Below, piece after piece: positions 28,603 to 36,461 of a stretch of DNA of 38,910 nucleotides. Source of the DNA: Deinococcales bacterium (GTDB lineage: Bacteria; Deinococcota; Deinococci; Deinococcales; JAAFIG01); contig JANNVX010000058.1 of NCBI GenBank assembly GCA_031414595.1, positions 1 through 38,910 of the forward strand. Reading direction: 5' to 3'. The number at the start of each line of letters is the position of its first letter. Within the stretch, counting starts at the first letter, position 1. Under the pieces are notes generated by a model, which ran no database searches, had not been told where the DNA came from, and saw only the letters and a list, made by a program, of their open reading frames with translations. The translations under genes and the position numbers were made by a program.

Positions 28603-28662
28603 ACTGTATGTTGGAGTTAGATTCCAAATAAATTGATTTGGAATCTAACTCCAACATACAGT
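28603..28662. repeat. Perfect 27-bp inverted repeat (palindromic element)
   Basis: ACTGTATGTTGGAGTTAGATTCCAAAT (28603-28629), 6-nt spacer, exact reverse complement (28636-28662). Confidence 0.9.
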
Positions 28663-29340
28663 GATTGGCGTGAACTTATAACCCACGCCCCAAATGGTGT
28701 GCAAATAACGTGGTTGGCTTGGCACTGGCTCGAGGATTTTACGAAGGCGCACCACAAAATTGTCCACCGTGCGGCTGCTGGGGTAGCTATCTTGTCCCCA
28801 GACCAAATCAAGAATTTGATTGCGGCTAATGACCTGATTGGGGCGCTCAGTAAAGAGTTTTAAGAGCAGCATTTCACGTTCGTTTAGGCGCTCGAGTCCA
28901 CGTGAGGTACTGACCGTAAATGCCAAAAAATCAATGCTGATGCCCGAAAATTGGTATTGACTCGAGTCTTGGCGCAACCAATTGGCACGGCGTAAAATTG
29001 CCGCCACCCGCATTAAAAATTCTGGTAAATGAAACGGTTTGGTCAGGTAATCATCTGCTCCTGCCGCAAAGCCTTCGACTCGCTCTTGGGCTTGGTTCTT
29101 GGCGGTTAAAAATAAGACGGGGGTCTGTAGTTTGGCGGCTCGAGCTTCACGGCAGACCTGAAAACCATCTTTTTCGGGCAGCATCACGTCCAGCACTACT
29201 AAATCTGGGCGCAAACCAAGCCATGCCGCTAAACCAGCTTTGCCATCTCGAGCTAATCTGACGGTGTAACCCTCGGCGCTTAAATTAAACTCGAGTAAAT
29301 CGGCTATCGAGACTTCATCTTCAACCACCAATATCTGCAT
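28645..29340 (-). CDS. OmpR/PhoB-family response regulator
   Basis: MQILVVEDE, LDVMLP, FLTAK, GADDYLTKPF and winged-helix RTVDNFVVRLRK...TIWGVGY. Start is ATG 29340. Confidence 0.93.
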   Translation of the reverse strand: MQILVVEDEVSIADLLEFNLSAEGYTVRLARDGKAGLAAWLGLRPDLVVLDVMLPEKDGFQVCREARAAKLQTPVLFLTAKNQAQERVEGFAAGADDYLTKPFHLPEFLMRVAAILRRANWLRQDSSQYQFSGISIDFLAFTVSTSRGLERLNEREMLLLKLFTERPNQVISRNQILDLVWGQDSYPSSRTVDNFVVRLRKILEPVPSQPRYLHTIWGVGYKFTPITVCWS

Positions 29341-29341
29341 C

Positions 29342-30523
29342 TTAAACCCGTGCCAGTGCTGCCATACTTTCGGGTTGTTTTGCCAGTGGCAAGCTGACCA
29401 CAAAGCGCGTTCCGATAAGCAAAGGCTCACACCTGACCGAACCGTGCATTAAGCCAACAATCCCGCGCACCAAATACAAACCCAAGCCCAAGCCCTTGGC
29501 GACTCGAGTCATTTCTTGTCCGACACGGTAAAACTGATCAAAAATATGAGGGATTTCCGAAGCCGCAATACCGATACCTCGGTCTTCAAAACTCAGCAGT
29601 GCATTTTTACCTTTGGTCTCGAGCCTGATAAAAATTGGTTTTTCTGGATTTGGGCTGTACTTAATCGCATTTTCAAGCAAGTTGACCAGTACAATTTCAA
29701 AAGCGGCTGGGTCAAGCGCCACCAGTACATCCGACCTGATGTCTAAGTGCAAGACCACACCACGTTTTTCGAGGTTCAGACCTTGTTTTTTTAGGTATAA
29801 GGTCAGTACATCTGACCAATTTTGAACCTTTAGCTGCTGCACCCCAAGACCCTGCTCCAGCCGAGCTGTGGCTAAAACCCGCTCAGAAACATCTTGGAGG
29901 CGTTCAACTTCGCGGTTCATACGCTCCAGCACATCCAATTGTTTATCTCTGGGCAATTCGCGGTACTGGGCAGTTTCGACCAATAAACGCAAACTGGTAA
30001 TTGGAGTACGGAATTCATGGGTGGCTGCCATCAAAAAATTTTCTTGGCGACGGCGCAGTTCAAAATCGGTCTGCATTGATTTCCAAATCATCAGTAAGCC
30101 GCCCAACATCACCAACAAAAAAAATGGGACTTCAAAAGCAAACATCCGCAAATAACGGGTTTGTCGTTGCTTAAAGGCTTCAAGTGCTGTAGCCCTAACT
30201 TTAACAGGACGGCTTAAATCAAGATGCTGGCTCAGTTGCTCCATTTGTTTAAGCAATCTTTCTTGCTTGGCGGGTAATGCCGACTCGAGGGCTAATTCAG
30301 CAAGTTTGGCTTCGTTTTGCCATTGCAGGGCAGTTTGCTGGATGCTGTGTTCGATGTATTGCTGCTGAAAAAGCATCCACCAAATCACTTGGGCAAATAG
30401 AAAAATCACCACCGCCACAAATGCGAAGCGGATTCGTTGTCTGGAGCGGTACAAACTCGAGACCCAAGAGTTGAGGGGTAACTGGGCTGGATTCACTAAG
30501 CAGCATTGTGCCAGAAAAACCAA
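29342..30523 (-). CDS. Sensor histidine kinase
   Basis: Two TM helices, H-box THEFRTP, N-box NLLENAIKYS, DRGIG, IFDQFYR and GLGLGL. The true start is probably downstream of 30523 (e.g. GTG 30496). Confidence 0.9.
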   Translation of the reverse strand: MVFLAQCCLVNPAQLPLNSWVSSLYRSRQRIRFAFVAVVIFLFAQVIWWMLFQQQYIEHSIQQTALQWQNEAKLAELALESALPAKQERLLKQMEQLSQHLDLSRPVKVRATALEAFKQRQTRYLRMFAFEVPFFLLVMLGGLLMIWKSMQTDFELRRRQENFLMAATHEFRTPITSLRLLVETAQYRELPRDKQLDVLERMNREVERLQDVSERVLATARLEQGLGVQQLKVQNWSDVLTLYLKKQGLNLEKRGVVLHLDIRSDVLVALDPAAFEIVLVNLLENAIKYSPNPEKPIFIRLETKGKNALLSFEDRGIGIAASEIPHIFDQFYRVGQEMTRVAKGLGLGLYLVRGIVGLMHGSVRCEPLLIGTRFVVSLPLAKQPESMAALARV

Positions 30524-30549
30524 AAATTGTTTAGTGATTTGTCTGCCCC

Positions 30550-30578
30550 TTTACAAAACGGATTTTGTTTGCTAAGTT
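30550..30578 (+). promoter_or_regulatory. Putative sigma70-type promoter of rplJ-rplL
   Basis: TTTACA-17 nt-TAAGTT with an extended TG. Confidence 0.5.
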
Positions 30579-30634
30579 ACTGCGGCTGCCCAAAAGCAGT
30601 CATTCTCGAGTTTGCTCGAGACACGGGAAACCGT

Positions 30635-30755
30635 GGGCATTGGAGACAGCGGGGGCTGCCGAGCTTAATGATCCCGCCGAGATGCGCGTACCTTAAATTA
30701 CTTAAGTATGCCGCGTTTTAGAGTCAAAAGAACAGTCAAACGCGGCTTTTTTATG
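30635..30755 (+). promoter_or_regulatory. Ribosomal protein L10 leader with attenuator hairpin
   Basis: AGACAGCGGG...TTAAT..CCCGCCGAG core, followed by GCCGCGTTT...AAACGCGGC-TTTTTT just upstream of rplJ. Confidence 0.8.
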
Positions 30756-30781
30756 CTGCCTTGACCACAAAGGAGAAAAAC

Positions 30782-31279
30782 GTGGCGAACATTAGAAATA
30801 CCGAAACACTCGCCTCGCTAAAAGCTGCCCTTGAAGGACAGTCGAGCTTCTATGTTGTAAATTACCAAGGTCTGCCCAGCAATCAAATTGTCGCCCTGCG
30901 AAAAGAACTTCGCAGCATCGGCGCTTCGATTCTGGTTGCCAAAAATACCCTGATTCACAAGGCTGTGTCCGAACGTGGTTTCGAGATGCGCGATGTGTTT
31001 CATGGTCCCAGTGCGCTTGTACTGGTAGGCGATGACGCGGTTACACCCGTCAAAAGACTAGCCGAATTTGCCAAGAAGAACGACAAAGGAATTCCACAAG
31101 CCAAAGGTGGAGTTCTTGACGGGGAAATGCTCGATGCGAAGAAACTTGAAGCCCTAAGCAACATGCCAAGCAAAGACGAATTACGCGCCCAAATGGTTGG
31201 CGTACTCTCGAGTAAGCTCTCGGAATTTGTTGGTATCTTAGAAGCAAAAGTCGCAAAAGACGAAGGCGTAAGCGCCTGA
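30782..31279 (+). CDS. rplJ: 50S ribosomal protein L10
   Basis: NYQGL, LRKELR, VAKNTL and GPSAL motifs. GTG 30782 follows an AGGAG RBS. Confidence 0.96.
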   Translation: MANIRNTETLASLKAALEGQSSFYVVNYQGLPSNQIVALRKELRSIGASILVAKNTLIHKAVSERGFEMRDVFHGPSALVLVGDDAVTPVKRLAEFAKKNDKGIPQAKGGVLDGEMLDAKKLEALSNMPSKDELRAQMVGVLSSKLSEFVGILEAKVAKDEGVSA

Positions 31280-31316
31280 ACAGCACCAGGCGTATCCGCC
31301 TGAAGGTAGGAGAATT

Positions 31317-31685
31317 ATGGCATTAGATATTGCAAGCATTAAAGAACAACTTTCCGGCGCAACTGTCCTCGAGTTGAAATCATTGATTGATGACCTCAAA
31401 GAAACTTGGGGCGTAACCGCAATGGTTGCTTCAGGTCCAGCCGCAGCAGGTCCTGCTGAAATTGTCGAAGAGAAGACCGAATTTGATGTTATCCTCAAGA
31501 GCATTGACGCAGCCAAGAAAATTGCTGTGATTAAAGAAGTCCGTGCGATTACTGGTTTAGGATTGTCCGAAGCCAAGGCATTGACCGAAAATGGTGGCAA
31601 CATCAAAGAAGGCATCAACAAGGATGACGCAGCCAAGCTCAAAAAGCAACTCGAAGATGCTGGTGCAGTTGTCGAAGTCAAATAA
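31317..31685 (+). CDS. rplL: 50S ribosomal protein L7/L12
   Basis: [26 protein letters not shown] and [11 protein letters not shown] motifs. Confidence 0.98.
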   Translation: MALDIASIKEQLSGATVLELKSLIDDLKETWGVTAMVASGPAAAGPAEIVEEKTEFDVILKSIDAAKKIAVIKEVRAITGLGLSEAKALTENGGNIKEGINKDDAAKLKKQLEDAGAVVEVK

Positions 31686-31720
31686 TATGTTAGTATAACT
31701 CGAGGGCTTCCTCGAGTTTT

Positions 31721-31795
31721 GGGCAGGTAGCTCAGCGGTAGAGCGGTCGCCTTACAAGCGACTGGTCGCAGGTTCAATCCCTGTCCTGCCCACCA
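31721..31795 (+). tRNA. tRNA-Val (anticodon TAC)
   Basis: Cloverleaf with acceptor GGGCAGG/CCTGCCC, anticodon arm GTCGC-CTTACAA-GCGAC, T-loop GGTTCAATCC and encoded CCA. Confidence 0.96.
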
Positions 31796-31796
31796 C
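31751..31796 (+). repeat. attL, 46-bp direct repeat (3' part of tRNA-Val)
   Basis: CTTACAAGCGACTGGTCGCAGGTTCAATCCCTGTCCTGCCCACCAC, identical to 38289-38334. Confidence 0.95.
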
Positions 31797-31800
31797 ACAG

Positions 31801-31843
31801 ACGCATTACTTACAGTTTATGTAGTAATGCGTTTCTTTATTTT
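31801..31843 (+). terminator. Element-supplied terminator downstream of tRNA-Val
   Basis: ACGCATTAC(T)TACA-GTTTA-TGTAGTAATGCGT followed by a T-rich tract. Confidence 0.65.
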
Positions 31844-32339
31844 CCAAACGTGTTCAAGGTCACGTTTCGCAGTTTTGGCGGTGCTTGTGGGTAGCGCTTT
31901 GACTGCTGCTATTCGAGCGGCGGACTTGCCCTCACTCCTCGAGCGGCATTTCCCTAATTCCCTCGAGCGTGGTTTCCGAGTTCGCCCCTTGTGGCGTTCC
32001 GAGTCTCGAGCCACAGACGCAGCCCTAAAACGCTTCAAAGATGGCGCGTGGGTGCTTACAGACTTTGCCCTGTCCAAGTCTTGGAATGCCTATCAATTCT
32101 TAACTGACTTGTGTTCCTATGCCCCTCGAGAAGCGGCGCGGCTGTTACTTGCTGAAACTGACACACAAGACACCCCAGCCAAACCCGTAGCCCTAACAAG
32201 CCCAGCCCCTCAACTTCTCGAGCCTGAAACCTTGGCAGAGTTGCCCGAGTGCCTGACTGACTTCCTACACTTGAATCGTTTGTACTTTGGCGGTCGTCTG
32301 ACCCACAACCCAGACGGCACAGTATCAAACGAAGCCTAA
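31827..32339 (+). CDS. Hypothetical protein resembling a degenerate primase zinc-binding (CHC2-like) domain
   Basis: ADLPSLLERHFP...PLWR.E...WVLTDF...NAYQFL...EAARLL follows the DnaG ZBD layout but lacks the Cys ligands. The start is uncertain and probably downstream (about 31880-31900). Confidence 0.5.
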   Translation: MRFFIFQTCSRSRFAVLAVLVGSALTAAIRAADLPSLLERHFPNSLERGFRVRPLWRSESRATDAALKRFKDGAWVLTDFALSKSWNAYQFLTDLCSYAPREAARLLLAETDTQDTPAKPVALTSPAPQLLEPETLAELPECLTDFLHLNRLYFGGRLTHNPDGTVSNEA

Positions 32340-32425
32340 ACCTATCTTCTCGAGCCTTTAGCCGATTGGATAGCTTCTGTATGTGTTGATTTTGGCATAG
32401 GACAGTACAAAGTAGGTGGTGAAAA

Positions 32426-32635
32426 GTGAGCCGAGAACTACGCACCCCTGTTTACTTGATACCCCTGTCCTTAAATCAAACCAAGCCCAGCACAGTGTTT
32501 TTGTCTCAAGTCGGGGTTCTTGCCCTTGCTTTTAGTGATGGCGCGGCTCGAGTCAGCTTGTCCAGTCGTCCGAGTCAATTATGCTCGAGTTGGGGGCTGT
32601 TGTGCGTTGCTTGGGTGGTGTGCCATGCCAATTAA
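32426..32635 (+). CDS. Small hypothetical ORF overlapping the putative dso and the rep start
   Basis: GTG preceded by AGGTGG, 69 aa. May instead be a frameshifted Rep N-terminus or non-coding origin sequence. Confidence 0.3.
   Translation: MSRELRTPVYLIPLSLNQTKPSTVFLSQVGVLALAFSDGAARVSLSSRPSQLCSSWGLLCVAWVVCHAN
32444..32468 (+). other. Putative double-strand origin (nick site)
   Basis: TACTTGATA matches the CTTG/ATA nick consensus of pC194/phiX174-type origins. It is flanked by two ACCCCTGT direct repeats and lies just upstream of rep. Confidence 0.5.
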
Positions 32636-33701
32636 ACGTTCTTTGGTCGTCTCATCACAAGACCGAATGCTGATAGCCCCATCTGGCAACACTTGGCGCG
32701 AAACTCACAGCGCCAAACGCAAACGCCGCAAACTCTCAGCACGGTTAAACGGTGGTGTCCGTGTTTACCTCAAGACTCGAGGCAGGGGCGCAAACAAGCG
32801 CTGTAGTGTTTTGACCTTAACCATTGACCCACAAGACCGCACCCCGAAACAAGCCTATGAGCAAATGTGCAAAGCATGGAATGCCCTGAGTACATGGTGG
32901 CGCAAACGCTACCCTGCCATGAGATTCTTTAGGACTGTAGAACTTCATGGGAACGGCTTCCCACACTTCCATGTGATGCTGATTGCAGCACCATTCATTC
33001 AACAAAAAGCGATTGTTGACCAGTGGAAAAACTTACTCGGGCAGTCTCGAGCAGTGGTAGACATTCGGGCAGTGCGAAACCCAGAACACGCCATACGCTA
33101 TGTGACTAAGTACCTCTTAAAGCAATCCGAAGCCCTCGAGCAAGTCAGAACCCAAGCCCAAGAAGCCTTTAAGACTGCCACAGAACAGGCGCTCGAGTGG
33201 CAAACAGCCGCCGATGCTGCCCGAAGTTTAGGACTCGAGGACGAAGCACGGCGCTGTGAACAGGAAGCCCAAAATATCGGCGGCGCTGGTGATGAAATGC
33301 GTATTGCTGCCCTGATTGCAGACATCAAACGAGCCAAAGCAGAAGGCAGGATAGAAAGCGCGGTGTATCAAGAAGAACTCTTAGAACAGGTGAAAGCCGA
33401 AATACAAGCGGCTCGAGAACAAGCCCAAGAACAACAGCAACAAGACCCCAACTCGAGAAACATTGCTGATGCGTCTTGGTGGGGTCGTCGGGTGCGTCCG
33501 TGGAGTGCAAGCCGTGGTTTGCTTGACTCAGAGCAAGGCACGGTTGATAAGTGGTGGAATAGTCTGTCAATCGTGCCAATGATTACACCGTTTCAGGCGT
33601 GTCAGATTGCCTATAGCCTAAATTTTGAGACATACAACTTTGATCCAAAAATAGGCTTTTATGACTTTCGAGCCAATGCCCCAAACCCAGCCCAAGCGTA
33701 A
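32625..33701 (+). CDS. HUH rolling-circle replication initiator (Rep)
   Basis: Motif I VLTLTID, motif II FPHFHVML (HUH), motif III YVTKYLLK (two Tyr) and distal RPWSASRG. The frame is open from 32520; ATG 32625 has a GGTGG RBS. Confidence 0.88.
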   Translation: MPIKRSLVVSSQDRMLIAPSGNTWRETHSAKRKRRKLSARLNGGVRVYLKTRGRGANKRCSVLTLTIDPQDRTPKQAYEQMCKAWNALSTWWRKRYPAMRFFRTVELHGNGFPHFHVMLIAAPFIQQKAIVDQWKNLLGQSRAVVDIRAVRNPEHAIRYVTKYLLKQSEALEQVRTQAQEAFKTATEQALEWQTAADAARSLGLEDEARRCEQEAQNIGGAGDEMRIAALIADIKRAKAEGRIESAVYQEELLEQVKAEIQAAREQAQEQQQQDPNSRNIADASWWGRRVRPWSASRGLLDSEQGTVDKWWNSLSIVPMITPFQACQIAYSLNFETYNFDPKIGFYDFRANAPNPAQA

Positions 33702-33851
33702 GCAACAAAACCAAAAAGTGAGACAATAGCGACCGGTGTCTATCCCAAAAGCTGGCTAGGACTCTAGCAGTCTAGCCAAGAATGTAAAGTAAAAAATGCC
33801 ACTGTGAGTAAGTAACAACGAACTCTGTAACTGATTTACCCTAACTGTAAC

Positions 33852-33880
33852 TTGAGTTTACGGTAAACTTAATATACTAC
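33852..33880 (+). promoter_or_regulatory. Putative promoter containing a palindromic operator
   Basis: TTGAGT-17 nt-TACTAC with the palindrome AGTTTAC-G-GTAAACT at 33855-33869. Confidence 0.45.
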
Positions 33881-33944
33881 GTGGTACTCGGTAATAAACC
33901 CTTATAATTTACCAGTGCTACACCTATAAAAAAGGTAGGAAACT

Positions 33945-34221
33945 ATGAAAACTTCGGTAGCTAGGTCAGTTCAAACGTGGCGTAGCCTTAATGCGAAAAA
34001 GCACCCACTTGATATAGAAACCCTAACGGATGCTCAATATACTCGAACATTTCTTTGGTACTGATTCGACGGCGGTTTTGCTCGAGAATGTTTCAGGTAT
34101 TCGTGAGTTATTGGAGCTTGACAAGAAGAAAGTCAGGGATTTGCTTTACTCGCCTTATATTGGTGAAGGTACAGCAGCACAAGTTATGATTTTATGCGAA
34201 ATGCTTAGAAGGGTGCGGTAG
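33945..34221 (+). pseudogene. Frameshifted RadC(UPF0758) N-terminal HhH-like gene, no JAB domain
   Basis: The frame from ATG 33945 (AGGA RBS) gives ...IETLTDAQ. Skipping one base near 34038 continues ILEHFFG...LLENVSGIRELL...IGEGTAAQVMILCEMLRR, matching the RadC N-terminal pattern. Confidence 0.6.
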
Positions 34222-34789
34222 TATTTTTGTGTGCCAAGGCTTCATATTGAAAACTTTTCAAAATTTGTGAATCAACCTCTTTAGCTTTCATAACTATCCA
34301 AGCTCCAAGACTTATGGCTAAATCAGTGCTGTTCTCGTATTTGTTAAATTTAATTAGCCACAAATCAAGGGCATCTGAAATTATTTCAGATTGAGTCTTT
34401 TTAGACTTCTTAGAAACGGTTCTTAGTCGTTCTTTGAGGCTTGGGCTTATGGTAAAAGTCAAATTTGACTTTTCTATTTTAGAGCCATCCAAAGTATTAA
34501 ACTTCCACAATTCGTATTTTTTATTTACGAAACATACAAGCGTCACTTTTTCGCTGAAGTCTTGCCATATCTTTTCTGGTGGGTCAATCGTTTGGTTTAA
34601 CTCTGGGTGAAAATTTAGCCATTCTTCAAGTGATTTACGAACAATCAAAGCAATAGAAATTTCTGCTAATTTTGCCATTAAATCTAACCTCAACTTTATT
34701 GCTGTAGGGATTTTAACGGTAAAACTCTTTGATCCAGACGCTATGCGAGGTCTTCCCCCCTTACTTATTTGGTTCGACAAATCGCCCAT
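34205..34789 (-). CDS. Tandem ribbon-helix-helix (CopG/Arc-like) transcriptional regulator
   Basis: Two RHH-like units, SFTVKIPTAIKLRLDLMAK...IALIVRKSLEEWL and LTFTISPSLKERLRTVSKK...QSEIISDALDLWL. N-terminal GGRPR. Confidence 0.72.
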   Translation of the reverse strand: MGDLSNQISKGGRPRIASGSKSFTVKIPTAIKLRLDLMAKLAEISIALIVRKSLEEWLNFHPELNQTIDPPEKIWQDFSEKVTLVCFVNKKYELWKFNTLDGSKIEKSNLTFTISPSLKERLRTVSKKSKKTQSEIISDALDLWLIKFNKYENSTDLAISLGAWIVMKAKEVDSQILKSFQYEALAHKNTTAPF

Positions 34790-34850
34790 AATCTCATTCT
34801 ACATTCCTAAAGGCTAGTCATGATAATTTAGCATTTGAAAACCTATGTTA

Positions 34851-34879
34851 TTGACTTTTTTTCAAAATTAGTTTACTAT
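34851..34879 (+). promoter_or_regulatory. Near-consensus sigma70 promoter for the element's rightward operon
   Basis: TTGACT-17 nt-TACTAT. The -10 is overlapped by GTTTACTATC, which recurs as GTTTACCTATC at 34892-34902. Confidence 0.65.
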
Positions 34880-34929
34880 CGCAAAAAGGTGGTTTACCTA
34901 TCTTTTTGCTTGCAATAGGAGAACTGTAT

Positions 34930-35598
34930 ATGAGTACAAAACTTGTCAAAGTACCGTTAGCCGCGTATGAAAAAGCGGTCAAGCTATCTCAAGAGAAAGG
35001 CGTAACCATAGGCGCGGCTCTTGAGTATTTCGTGAACATGGGCGAGGTACAGCCGAATCAAGCTGACTCGGTAAACCAAAACGTGAATACTTATCCATCT
35101 TCTGTCATGGTCTCAATCGAGGACTCTAAACAAGTCCAGACATTACCGCGAGTAAATAACAATCTGAACGCTGGTGACATTATGGGTTTACTCGAGAAAG
35201 CCTATTCCAAAGGGCAAGACGATATTCTCAGTGAACAGCGCATGGAGTTGTTGGAAGAGGCTGCCGCGGTCAGCAAAGAAATGGTTATTTCAAATACTAA
35301 AAAGATGGACAAAATAGAAACCATTCTAGGTGGTTTAGGTTTAGGTCTGGCTGACCATCTCGAGCAGCACACACGAGTCATTCAAGGCGATGTAAACGCA
35401 ATGCAACCACAATCAACTATTGATGTAATTACGGAAGCATTTCGTAGGGTTAAAGGGCATGGTGATATGGAGAAAGCCCTAGAAAATTTCAAGACTCAAA
35501 CACAAATAGGCGAACTCGAGGATACAGAAGCCCCTGAATTGCAAGACGCTATAGAAACCCAGACACCACCTAAACGGCGTGGGTTTCTCGGCTTATGA
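34930..35598 (+). CDS. Hypothetical protein with RHH-like N-terminus and amphipathic C-terminal tail (KRRGFLGL)
   Basis: AGGAGA RBS before ATG 34930. KLVKVPLAAYEKAVKLSQEKGVTIGAALE fits an RHH pattern. Confidence 0.7.
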   Translation: MSTKLVKVPLAAYEKAVKLSQEKGVTIGAALEYFVNMGEVQPNQADSVNQNVNTYPSSVMVSIEDSKQVQTLPRVNNNLNAGDIMGLLEKAYSKGQDDILSEQRMELLEEAAAVSKEMVISNTKKMDKIETILGGLGLGLADHLEQHTRVIQGDVNAMQPQSTIDVITEAFRRVKGHGDMEKALENFKTQTQIGELEDTEAPELQDAIETQTPPKRRGFLGL

Positions 35599-35852
35599 GT
35601 CAGGACGTTAAAATCATGACTACAGCACTTGAAAAAGCAAATCATGCTGGTTATAGCGAAGGTCAACAAATTGGCGTTGTTGATGGTGTCGTTATTGGTC
35701 TTGTATTTGCGTTTGTGGCGGTGGCTTCGGTGTCCTACTTCTTACAACGTAAAGCACTGTTAGAAGTTCAAAAAAATAAATCTCAAACTTTACCTACTCC
35801 AAGTATTGCATTGGTAAGTAATGAAAAAGTTATGTCAGGAGGGTGGTTATGA
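35595..35852 (+). CDS. Small single-TM protein
   Basis: ATGA overlap with the upstream gene. Hydrophobic GVVIGLVFAFVAVASVSYFL followed by basic residues. Confidence 0.7.
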   Translation: MSQDVKIMTTALEKANHAGYSEGQQIGVVDGVVIGLVFAFVAVASVSYFLQRKALLEVQKNKSQTLPTPSIALVSNEKVMSGGWL

Positions 35853-36229
35853 GTCCTTTACTTGCACTTCAATGGATTTTTGGGGCGTTTGCTTCAATTT
35901 TTGGTTTGAAGCTGACTGCTGCACAATTGGGGTTTGATTTAACAATTTACAAGCCTACAGCCCCTCCCAACACGCCACAAGGTCAAGGTGGTGGCAATCC
36001 TGCCCCTAACCCACCAAATAATGGAAGTCTTGTCAAAGACTTGGTTAGCAATCCCTCGAGTATGTGGGCATTGGCTGCACTGGGTTTCGTCAGTGTATTC
36101 GTTATTGCTCAGGTTAGAGCGGCTGGTGGTGACGCGGCGGCAGGTGTGCGTGGCGTGTACAAAGAAGCCCAAGCAACAACAAGAAATCTGGCAGACCCAA
36201 ACACACAAATAAGAAAACGAAAGCGTTAG
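35849..36229 (+). CDS. Small membrane protein (two hydrophobic segments, Pro/Gly/Asn linker, basic C-terminus)
   Basis: GGAGG RBS and ATGA overlap. Hydrophobic LLALQWIFGAFASIFGL and MWALAALGFVSVFVIA. Ends in RKRKR. Confidence 0.72.
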   Translation: MSPLLALQWIFGAFASIFGLKLTAAQLGFDLTIYKPTAPPNTPQGQGGGNPAPNPPNNGSLVKDLVSNPSSMWALAALGFVSVFVIAQVRAAGGDAAAGVRGVYKEAQATTRNLADPNTQIRKRKR

Positions 36230-36257
36230 CCCAAGGACTCATTTTTTTAGGAGAACT

Positions 36258-36437
36258 ATGAAGTTAGTAGCTGGAATTGTTATTGGTTCAGTCGTTGGAA
36301 TTACGTTGTGGAACACCTTTATAACCATGCCTGACATGAGGAAGAGGCAAGAATACGCAATGAAAGAAAACGAACGCTGTAAAGCCCTCATGATGGCATA
36401 TTTCCCCGATAGAAAAGATATGTGGGGAATGATGTAA
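36258..36437 (+). CDS. 59-aa protein with an N-terminal TM helix (not in the ORF track)
   Basis: AGGAG RBS. Translates as MKLVAGIVIGSVVGITLWNTFITMPDMRKRQEYAMKENERCKALMMAYFPDRKDMWGMM. Confidence 0.68.
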   Translation: MKLVAGIVIGSVVGITLWNTFITMPDMRKRQEYAMKENERCKALMMAYFPDRKDMWGMM

Positions 36438-36461
36438 TTAGTAAGCCTAATAGGTGAATTT

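Noticed and set aside
34006-34015. Second CACTTGATAT nick-like sequence
   Set aside because: It lies inside the RadC-like reading frame downstream of rep and has no flanking repeats, so it is less plausible than the 32453-32461 site, though not excluded.
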